A DNA stretch of 64,000 nt. Origin: Gemmatimonadota bacterium (GTDB lineage: Bacteria; Gemmatimonadota; Gemmatimonadetes; Gemmatimonadales; GWC2-71-9). Location: assembly GCA_037440225.1 (NCBI GenBank), contig JBBIUN010000006.1, positions 37,126-101,125 on the forward strand, written 5' to 3'. The number at the start of each line of letters is the position of its first letter. The stretch's first letter is position 1. Shown here one piece after another: positions 55,227 to 62,512 of the stretch. The position numbers were made by a program, and so were the translations under genes. The notes beneath the pieces were generated by a model. It saw nothing but the letters and a program-made list of their open reading frames with translations. It did not search any database and was not told the origin of the DNA.

Positions 55227-55628
55227 CTAGCCGGCCTTGGGCTGGTGGCACAGCAGGCACTGCTTGTCGGTTCGCCCCTGGTGATCGGCCGGCACATCGG
55301 GCACCGCCGGCATCACCCCGACCTTGTGACACACCAGGCACGCGGTACGACCCTGCAACGCGTGCTTGATCTCGGGCGAGGCTTTGGTCTGCACGGCCCC
55401 GTCCTTGGCATGACACCAGAGGCAGGTCTCGTCGCCCCGGTCCTTATGGGTCGCCGGAATGTCTTTCGCATCTTCCGCAGCGCCCACCGCGTGGCAGGTA
55501 AGGCACTTCTCCTTTCCCGCCGCCTCATGGGCCATGACCGGCGGCTTGGCCGCCTGCCCTCGCGCCACCGCGGGTAGCCCCACCAGGGCCGCGATGCCTA
55601 TCAATCTGCCGAGAGTGCGGTTGGTCAT
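55227..55628 (-). CDS. Tetraheme c-type cytochrome, probable c subunit of the Rieske/cytochrome b complex
   Basis: Lies inside track ORF 55227..55823. ATG 55628 overlaps the cytochrome b stop (ATGA) and gives 133 aa with a signal peptide and CLTCH, CLWCH, CLVCH, CLLCH. Confidence 0.85.
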   Translation of the reverse strand: MTNRTLGRLIGIAALVGLPAVARGQAAKPPVMAHEAAGKEKCLTCHAVGAAEDAKDIPATHKDRGDETCLWCHAKDGAVQTKASPEIKHALQGRTACLVCHKVGVMPAVPDVPADHQGRTDKQCLLCHQPKAG

Positions 55629-56980
55629 GCGTTCCTCCCTTTGCTGCCGGATGAACCCGTGTACTCCCCTTTGCCGCCCGGTGCCCCCGCGTACTCGGCG
55701 CCCGCTGCCGCGAGCCCCGGATGCCCCTGGCGCGCTCCGGCGCGCCGCAGCCGCCATCGCGCCGCGCCGTAGGCCGCCCAGCCCGCCGCCAACGGGACCA
55801 CCGCGACCGCGGCGCGCAACCACGCCTTGGAGATCCCCAATTCATCATCGTAGGCCGCCAGGGTGAACACGCCGATCAGCGCCAGGAACCCCACACCCCA
55901 GGCGAGCCGCGCAGGATGCCAAGTGGGCGGCTCCAAGTAGTCCAGCTTAGCTCGGTTGGTGCGGTCCAGCCAGGGCAGCAGCGCGAGCCCCAAGATCACC
56001 AGGGCCGGCAGGAGAATCCCGCCGATCGCCTCCGAGCCGATGGTCGCGCCGAAGAGACGCACCTCCATCCAGCCCGGAACCAGTCGCAAGGCCCCATAAA
56101 TCCACATCAGGTACCAATCGGGCTTGACCGTGGGCGTCTCCGGGGCCGGCGGCCCGTAGAACTCCACCGGGTGGACCGGGAAGACCGTCCCCAGGAGGAC
56201 CAAAGCCCCACCCAGCACCAGCGCCAGCACGGCCATGATGACGGCCTGCTGGGGCCACAGGGGAATACCGATCAAACGCCCGCCGGTGCTGTACGCCCGC
56301 GCTGCCGGCGGCTCGGTGTGCTTCTGTTTGACCAAGATCACCAAGTGCAGCCCGATGCCCGCGAACAGCAACAGCGGCAGGAGCATGATGTGGTAGCCGT
56401 AGAACCTGGGGATGAGCGAGGAGCCGGGGAACTTGCCGGCAAAAACCAGGTCGGCCAGATACCCGCCGACCCAGGGTACCGACTTGGCGATGTTGTAGCC
56501 GATACCCGTGGCCGTCACCGAAAACTGGTCATAGGGGAGCAGGTATCCCACGAAGGCGGCAAAGATCGCGAGCCCCAAAAGGCCCAGCCCCACGATCCAG
56601 TTGATTTCGCGCGGCTTCTTGTACGCGCCGGTGAAGAACACCCGGAGCAGGTGCAGCACCAGGGCAGCCACCATGACGTGCGCCGCCCAGTGGTGAATCT
56701 GCCGGATCAGATAGGCTGCCGGAATCCGATCCAAGAGCATCACGCTGCCGTACGCTGCCGGGACCCGCTGGCCCTCGACTTCCACTTCCGCGGTGGACGG
56801 CTCGTAGAGGAACGCCAAGTAGATCCCGGTGAGCACCAGCACCAGGAAGGCAAACAGGGCGATTTCTCCCAAGAAGAAGGTGGAGTGAATGGGGAAGGCC
56901 TTCCTGAGGTATTTGCGGTAGGCCCGGTCCAGGTCCAGGCGCTCGTTCCACCAGCGCCCCCAGGCGGACTCGCGGCTCAT
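55625..56980 (-). CDS. Cytochrome b (fused b6 plus subunit IV-like) of a Rieske/cytochrome b complex
   Basis: Lies inside track ORF 55625..57247; ATG 56980 gives 451 aa. It shows ...IRQIHHWAAHVMVAALVLHLLRVFFTGAYKKPREINW...FYGYHIMLLPLLL...HLVILV..., the bis-heme His pattern of cytochrome b. Confidence 0.92.
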   Translation of the reverse strand: MSRESAWGRWWNERLDLDRAYRKYLRKAFPIHSTFFLGEIALFAFLVLVLTGIYLAFLYEPSTAEVEVEGQRVPAAYGSVMLLDRIPAAYLIRQIHHWAAHVMVAALVLHLLRVFFTGAYKKPREINWIVGLGLLGLAIFAAFVGYLLPYDQFSVTATGIGYNIAKSVPWVGGYLADLVFAGKFPGSSLIPRFYGYHIMLLPLLLFAGIGLHLVILVKQKHTEPPAARAYSTGGRLIGIPLWPQQAVIMAVLALVLGGALVLLGTVFPVHPVEFYGPPAPETPTVKPDWYLMWIYGALRLVPGWMEVRLFGATIGSEAIGGILLPALVILGLALLPWLDRTNRAKLDYLEPPTWHPARLAWGVGFLALIGVFTLAAYDDELGISKAWLRAAVAVVPLAAGWAAYGAARWRLRRAGARQGHPGLAAAGAEYAGAPGGKGEYTGSSGSKGRNA

Positions 56981-57552
56981 GCGGCGATCACTCCAATGGG
57001 CTCCTGGAAGCTTCCCGCGGCCACCACCTCGCCCGCGGCGTTGATCCGCACGGCGAGCTGCGGCAAGGGCCGCGGGGGCGGGCCGGCGACCACGGCTGCC
57101 CCGTGGCGCGGGTCGAACACCCCGGCATGACAGGGACAGTGCACGTGGGAAAACGGTGCCGCCGCCATGCCTTCGGGAGAAAACCGCACGGTACAGGCGA
57201 GGTGGGTGCAGATGGCGCTGTAGGCCGCGAACCCTTCGGCCGTCCAATCGAGGCGCGTGGGGGGCTCGTAGGCGTTAGGCTCCAGCCGGATCAGCATGAT
57301 GAGGTTGTCGTGGTTGCTCTCCTTCCCCTGCGGAAAGGCTAGCACGCCCTGGCCCACCGGCACGTTCTCCCGGGTGATCGCTTTCCCGGCGTTGGGGCCC
57401 ATGGCGAACACCAGGCGGTCGCCTTCGCTCACCGCAGCCTCGCCGGTGGACCGGCGCACCGCGCGGATAGAGGCGATGACCGAGCCCATGGCCGCGAGGG
57501 CGCCGAGGATGCTGGCGCCCAGCACCGACGTGGCAAACTTTCTCCGATCCAC
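56977..57552 (-). CDS. Rieske [2Fe-2S] iron-sulfur protein
   Basis: 191 aa with a Tat-like N-terminus MDRRKFATSVLG and cluster boxes CTHLACTV and CPCHAGVF. Confidence 0.92.
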   Translation of the reverse strand: MDRRKFATSVLGASILGALAAMGSVIASIRAVRRSTGEAAVSEGDRLVFAMGPNAGKAITRENVPVGQGVLAFPQGKESNHDNLIMLIRLEPNAYEPPTRLDWTAEGFAAYSAICTHLACTVRFSPEGMAAAPFSHVHCPCHAGVFDPRHGAAVVAGPPPRPLPQLAVRINAAGEVVAAGSFQEPIGVIAA

Positions 57553-57577
57553 AATCTCCCTCCCGTCGAAGCCCGAC

Positions 57578-58567
57578 TTACCAAGGCACCTCTTCGTCTC
57601 GATCCTGTTCGATGACCTCGGCGGTCATGAAATACCGGCGGTACAGCGAGACCGCTACAGCCAAGGTCCACATCCACCACGTGCCGGCAAGCCCCAGCAG
57701 GGCCACCGGCCCGGTGCCCAGCACCACCTGCCGGATGAACCACCCGGCGCCGAGCAGGGCGGCCAGCGCAAACACGGCGAGCGCGACCGTCGCCCCCAGA
57801 CCGGCGGCCGGCTCGGTCCGCTCGGGCCGAGGCTCCACGCCTTCGAGCCACACCGAGACCAACCCGATCACGCCGTACACCGCGAGGACCAAGACCCACG
57901 CCAGGAGCCCGATTTGGTACTCCGCCAGGTGCTCGGGTATGGCCCGCCGGCCCGCGGCGCTGGCGGCAAGAAAGTCGATCTGCGCGGTGGCGCGGTGGCT
58001 CTCGTGGTACGTCATGAAATCGTCCGCATCCGAGAAGGCCATCAGCACGGGCATGCTCCCGCGCACGAAGGGCCGATCATAGCGGTCGCCGGTGTCCAGC
58101 TTGCGGCGGAACTCCACGATCGTGCCGCCGGAGGACTCGCCCGCCCGGGCCTCGATCAAGTCGGCCCGTCCTGCCAGCTCCGCATCCGCTACGTGGCCGG
58201 CGGCGTCGTTGGCGAAGTTGTCCTGCACGTGCGAGCCGCCCGAGTCCACGTAGCCGATCACGATGTCGAAGCCCTGCATGATGGGTCCTTCGCCACCCCA
58301 TCCCACGGCCACCCACCCCTTGCCCGGCGCCTCCACCGCCATCCGGATTTCGTCGCCCTGGACCGACCAGCGAATGGTCATCCCGATGTCCTGGGCCCGG
58401 TACTCGTGCTGGTACTCGCCCGAACCCACTTGGCCGTCCACCGCCCAGGCACCCGTGCCGGGCGCGGGGCCCACGCGCAACCAGCCGAGGTCCAGCGCCA
58501 GCGCGGCCATGCCGAGCAGCGCGGCGACCAGCGCCGCCAGCGGCAGCCCGATGCTATTGCGCACCAT
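57578..58567 (-). CDS. DOMON-domain membrane protein
   Basis: 329 aa with a signal/anchor. ...MTIRWSVQGDEIRMAVEAPGKGWVAVGWGGEGPIMQGFDIVIGYVD...TIVEFRRKLDTGDRYDRPF...VLMAFSD matches the DOMON/DoH beta-sandwich pattern. About 4 TM helices lie at the C-terminus. Confidence 0.7.
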   Translation of the reverse strand: MVRNSIGLPLAALVAALLGMAALALDLGWLRVGPAPGTGAWAVDGQVGSGEYQHEYRAQDIGMTIRWSVQGDEIRMAVEAPGKGWVAVGWGGEGPIMQGFDIVIGYVDSGGSHVQDNFANDAAGHVADAELAGRADLIEARAGESSGGTIVEFRRKLDTGDRYDRPFVRGSMPVLMAFSDADDFMTYHESHRATAQIDFLAASAAGRRAIPEHLAEYQIGLLAWVLVLAVYGVIGLVSVWLEGVEPRPERTEPAAGLGATVALAVFALAALLGAGWFIRQVVLGTGPVALLGLAGTWWMWTLAVAVSLYRRYFMTAEVIEQDRDEEVPW

Positions 58568-58582
58568 ACCGCGTCTTTCTCC

Positions 58583-59350
58583 TCAGCGCCGCCGAAAGCC
58601 CGCCAGGATCGAATCCGCCCGGCGGCCGTGGGCCCCTGCGGCGAGCAACATCTGTTCCACCAGGTTCAGGTCGAACGAATGCCAGCCCTGGCGCGCCCGC
58701 TGCATGGTCTGGCGGGCCTGCTGCAACGGAGCCCGAGCCGCATCGCGCAGCCGCTGCTCCGGGGTGCGGTCCAGCAGCGCCTGGACGACGCCGATGGAGA
58801 AATCCGTCTGCTGGAGTAGCACCAAGAGATACCGCGCTTCCACCGGCGGTGTGGTCGGCAACCGCCGTTCGGGGTTGTGACAGGCCGTACAGGTCGCCTC
58901 CATCTCGCTCGGCGAGAGCACCTGGATCGCCATGGACCCATGGCAGGTGACGCAGTTGGGCCCCCGGCCCGTGGTGACCAGTTGGGTGTAATGCCGACTG
59001 CCGGAGAAAAACGCCAGCTCCTGCTGGTGACAGGAGCCGCAGGTTGCCGGAATCCGGGTGTAGTAGACCGTGCTCCGGGATTCGCGCGAGGAGTAAACGC
59101 CCCGGTGGGCCGCTGTTCGGTCGGTGGCGGTGGGGTCGCCGCCGTGACACTTGTCGCAGGTGGCACCCGCGCGCCCGTGCGGCGAGGACCGCCAGTCCCG
59201 GAACGAGTGCCCCGCGGCGGTCGTCGCCGGTAGCCGCTCGTGGCAGGAAACACACGGATTCGGGGCCGCAACCCGGCCGCCTCCTCGAGCGGCCTGAGCC
59301 AGCGACGGAAGAGCCACGAACAGCATGACTACCAGCACGTCCCTCGCCAT
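58583..59350 (-). CDS. Pentaheme c-type cytochrome with C-terminal helical domain (paralog a)
   Basis: Lies inside track ORF 58583..59722. ATG 59350 (MARDVLVVMLFVALPSLAQA) is preceded by GAGGCGAGG; ATG 59389 is an alternative. Heme motifs: CVSCH, CDKCH, CGSCH, CVTCH, CTACH. A heme-free Q/R/L-rich tail of about 90 aa follows. Confidence 0.85.
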   Translation of the reverse strand: MARDVLVVMLFVALPSLAQAARGGGRVAAPNPCVSCHERLPATTAAGHSFRDWRSSPHGRAGATCDKCHGGDPTATDRTAAHRGVYSSRESRSTVYYTRIPATCGSCHQQELAFFSGSRHYTQLVTTGRGPNCVTCHGSMAIQVLSPSEMEATCTACHNPERRLPTTPPVEARYLLVLLQQTDFSIGVVQALLDRTPEQRLRDAARAPLQQARQTMQRARQGWHSFDLNLVEQMLLAAGAHGRRADSILAGFRRR

Positions 59351-59421
59351 AGCACGCCTCGCCTCGTTTGGCCGTTCATCACGATGCATCTCGTCACCTT
59401 CATCACGCGTCGAGAGCCTCC

Positions 59422-60183
59422 TTAGCGCCCAGATCTCGCCGCCAGCGCCGAATCGGCCCGCCGGATGGCGGCCGCGGCATGGCGCAGCGCGTCGTCGAGC
59501 AGCGCCGCGTCGAACGCGTGCCAGCCCTGGCGCGCGCGGGCCAAGGCCTCGCGCGCCTGGCCCAAGGCCTGCGCCGCGACGTTCCGGCGCCTCTGATCCG
59601 GTCCCTGCGCGGCCAGAGGATCGAGCCTCCGGAGGCTGGAGTCGGTCTGCCGCAGCAGGGCCAATCGCTCCCGGGCCGCCCCCACGGCCTCGGCCCCAGC
59701 CACCCCGCCCGAGCGGTGGCACCCACCGCAGGCACTATCCAGCTCGCTTGCCGCGAGCACCCGAATCGCCATGGAGCCATGGCAGGTCACACAGGTGGGA
59801 CCGCGCCGCGTGGTAACGATCTGGCTGAAGTGCCGGCTCTCCATGAAAAACCCCAGTTCCTGCTGGTGGCAGGCCCCGCAGGTGGCCGGGATCCTGGTGT
59901 AGTTGACCAGGCTCCGGTACTCCCGCGACGGGAAGACGCCCTGGTGGGCCTGCGCCACCTCGGCCGCCGTGGTGTCCCCGCCATGGCACCGATCGCAGGT
60001 GACCACGCCCCCATGAGCCGAGGCCCGCCACTCGGCAAAGGAATGCGCCGCGGCTGCCCGTGCCGGCAACTGCTGGTGGCAGGTGACACACGGATTCTGG
60101 CCGGCCCCTTGGATCAGCCAGTCCGCGTCCTTCCCTCCCGGCAGGAGCGCTGCCGCCGCCAGCACAGCACCGAGCACGGTCAC
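59422..60183 (-). CDS. Pentaheme c-type cytochrome with C-terminal helical domain (paralog b)
   Basis: Lies inside track ORF 59422..60597. GTG 60183 is preceded by AGGGGG at 9 nt. Heme motifs: CVTCH, CDRCH, CGACH, CVTCH, CGGCH. It is collinear with paralog a (NPCV.CH..LPA..AA.HSF..WR.S.HG...TCD.CHGGD...YTRIPATCG.CHQQEL.FF..SRH...VTT.RGP.CVTCHGSMAI.VL). Confidence 0.85.
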   Translation of the reverse strand: MTVLGAVLAAAALLPGGKDADWLIQGAGQNPCVTCHQQLPARAAAAHSFAEWRASAHGGVVTCDRCHGGDTTAAEVAQAHQGVFPSREYRSLVNYTRIPATCGACHQQELGFFMESRHFSQIVTTRRGPTCVTCHGSMAIRVLAASELDSACGGCHRSGGVAGAEAVGAARERLALLRQTDSSLRRLDPLAAQGPDQRRRNVAAQALGQAREALARARQGWHAFDAALLDDALRHAAAAIRRADSALAARSGR

Positions 60184-60196
60184 CTGATTCAGCCCC

Positions 60197-60967
60197 CTAC
60201 TCCTCGCCCGGCACGGTCGCGTGGCAAGCCAGGCACATTTCCGCGTTCCGCTGCTTGAGCCGCGCGGCGTCGAAGCCGGGTCCGTGCGGGTTGAAGCGAC
60301 GGCTGCCTTGGGCCGAGTGGCACTGGAGGCAGTCCCGCTCGGCGTGGCAGGCCACACAGCTTTCCAGGCTCTGCCGCGCCGCCTGGCCGTGACCCGCGAG
60401 GAAGAACTGTTTGGCGTCGTGGTAGCCGCCGCGGAGCGTCCTCCCGGACGAGACCAAGCCGGCCGTCTTGTGGCAGGTGGCGCAGAACCCCGTGGTGCTG
60501 TGGCATTCGCTGCACGAGGTTTCGCGCGCGTAAGCCGCCGCCGGGTGCCGCGCGAGGAACTGGGCTGGGTGGAACCCCGGTGTGCCGGACCCCGCATCCG
60601 GCCGGTGGCAGCTCAGGCAATCGGACCGGACGTGGCAGGCAGCGCAGTTCTGCGGGGCGGCCGCGGCTTGGGCGGCGTGGCGGTCGCGAAAACCGCCCTG
60701 GTGCGAGGCGGGCGGGCGGCGCTTGATCTGCGCCAGACCGGGATTGTCCGGTGTCGCCGGCGGAAGCGCATTGGCCACTTCCGGGTTGCCGATGTGGCAC
60801 TCCCGGCAACTGTCCTGCGTGTGGCAGGTGGCGCAGGCTGCGGTGGACTTCCGAGCCTCGCTGCCGTGCCGCGTGAGGTAGTCGGGCTCGTGCTGAGCCA
60901 GGGCCCCCGAGCTTCCGCCCAGGGCCGCGCCGATCACGGCTGCCACTACGGCCACCGTCGCTTTCAT
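60197..60967 (-). CDS. Nonaheme c-type cytochrome (cytochrome c3-type repeats)
   Basis: Lies inside track ORF 60197..61078. ATG 60967 is preceded by GGAGG and gives 256 aa with a signal peptide. 9 CxxCH motifs include three CxxCH-x4-CxxCH pairs: CATCH/CRECH, CAACH/CLSCH, CSECH, CATCH, CVACH/CLQCH, CLACH. Confidence 0.88.
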   Translation of the reverse strand: MKATVAVVAAVIGAALGGSSGALAQHEPDYLTRHGSEARKSTAACATCHTQDSCRECHIGNPEVANALPPATPDNPGLAQIKRRPPASHQGGFRDRHAAQAAAAPQNCAACHVRSDCLSCHRPDAGSGTPGFHPAQFLARHPAAAYARETSCSECHSTTGFCATCHKTAGLVSSGRTLRGGYHDAKQFFLAGHGQAARQSLESCVACHAERDCLQCHSAQGSRRFNPHGPGFDAARLKQRNAEMCLACHATVPGEE

Positions 60968-62472
60968 TGTGGCCTCCTGCCTTCCGGCATGCGAAGGATG
61001 ACGGGGTGCAGGCGGCGGGTGTCGCTGCCCGAGGCGAGTTCGAGAGAGACTCCTACGTCGAGCCGGAGCTGGTTCCACGACAGCGCCCCGGCGTCATCGC
61101 GCCGGCGATCCTCGCTCACGCCCCGGGCGTCGCCGATCAGCCGCAGGCCGCGGGCGGCTTCGTAATCGAGCCGCAGGCCGTAGCTCCAGAGGCGCACGTC
61201 ATCGAACCGGTATTCCAGCGGGCGCGCGAGGCGGGCCCCGTCCACCGTGACCAGCAGGCCGTTCGTGGGGCGGTAGGTCGCTGCCGCTTCGATGGTCTGC
61301 GAGGAGGCGCCGGGCCCCAAGCCGCGCTCATAGGTGGCATCGAAGGACCAATTGGCAAAGCGCACCACGCTGGCGCTCACCGCGCTGCGCCAGCCGCCGC
61401 GCTCGCCGGGCGCCAGCGGGTTCGCCGCGCCGGCCTCGTCGAACCGGAACACCTCGCCCCGGGCCTTGAGGTCGAGACCCGGCAGGGCGCTTACTGCCAG
61501 CGAGCCCATGGCGGCGCTGTAGGCTGCGGGACTGAACGCGCCCCAAATGGTCCACAGATCGAAGTACGGCCGGTAGCGCCGCCCTTGGGCGGCGAGCTTC
61601 ACCTTGCCGTTCGCCGCCAGCACGTTGAGGGTGATGTCGGCCTTGCCCCATTCGCCCTTGGCGATGTCGTAGTCCCCGCCGCCCACCAGGCTGACCTCGG
61701 GCGAGGCCGCAAGCGACCAGTCGGCGCTCACGCGTTCGGAGACGGTGGCCTCGGCTCCGGAGCGGTCCTCTCGCTGGTAGAGCATCTGTCCCCTGAATTC
61801 GGGCAGGAACCACCGGATGCCGCCGGCCGCCACGAGCTGCCGCCGGTTGGGGAGGGAATCGCCCAGAGGATTCAAATCGAGGCTGGTGACGGGCAGGGGG
61901 GAGTTGCGGGCCAGCCCGTAGCCGCCGTAGCCGAACAGCGCGAGGGCTCGACCCAGGGGCCGCAGTTCCAGGCTGCCGCCGTCGAAGCCCACCCACCCCA
62001 ACCGACTGGCTTCATGGAGGCGGCCGGCCGTAAGCGAGACGGGGCCCCGCGTGTAGCCGGCGTACGCTTCGAGCAGTTGCAGACCGGGCTCGCTGGTGGG
62101 CCAATCCGTGCCGGCGAGGTCGGTGTTGGCCCGGGCCACGAGGTTGACCTTGAGGCCCGGCACGCCCAGCCCCCAGACGGTGGCGCTGGCCAGGGTGGAG
62201 ATCGGGGTGGCGGTGGTCGGCGGACCGGGCCGGAAGAAGGTGCAATACGTGGCCGCGGTGGCGCAGGAGACGGCGTAGCCGTCCGCGGTCCTGAGCCCGC
62301 CCGTGGGTGCGGGGGTCACGGCGGCGCGGAGCACGCTGTCGAACGCCAGCCCGCGAAAGCGCACGGCTTGCAGTCGGGTATCGAGACGCACGCGGTAGCT
62401 TTGCGCCGCTAGCGGCGCGGGCCCGACCACGCTCAAGGCCCAGAGTGCCGCGAGCCACTTGCGTCGTGTCAT
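60964..62472 (-). CDS. Predicted outer-membrane beta-barrel protein (502 aa)
   Basis: ATG 62472 is preceded by GAGGAGG. Signal peptide MTRRKWLAALWALSVVGPAPLAAQ. It has many amphipathic strands rich in G/Y/R/D/W. Its stop overlaps the nonaheme start (ATGA). Confidence 0.6.
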   Translation of the reverse strand: MTRRKWLAALWALSVVGPAPLAAQSYRVRLDTRLQAVRFRGLAFDSVLRAAVTPAPTGGLRTADGYAVSCATAATYCTFFRPGPPTTATPISTLASATVWGLGVPGLKVNLVARANTDLAGTDWPTSEPGLQLLEAYAGYTRGPVSLTAGRLHEASRLGWVGFDGGSLELRPLGRALALFGYGGYGLARNSPLPVTSLDLNPLGDSLPNRRQLVAAGGIRWFLPEFRGQMLYQREDRSGAEATVSERVSADWSLAASPEVSLVGGGDYDIAKGEWGKADITLNVLAANGKVKLAAQGRRYRPYFDLWTIWGAFSPAAYSAAMGSLAVSALPGLDLKARGEVFRFDEAGAANPLAPGERGGWRSAVSASVVRFANWSFDATYERGLGPGASSQTIEAAATYRPTNGLLVTVDGARLARPLEYRFDDVRLWSYGLRLDYEAARGLRLIGDARGVSEDRRRDDAGALSWNQLRLDVGVSLELASGSDTRRLHPVILRMPEGRRPQ

Positions 62473-62512
62473 GTCGCCTCCTCGCATCCCGCCGCCGGGG
62501 CGGGGCTCATGG

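Noticed and set aside
55721-57130. 469-aa plus-strand ORF
   Set aside because: It is antisense to cytochrome b and the Rieske gene.
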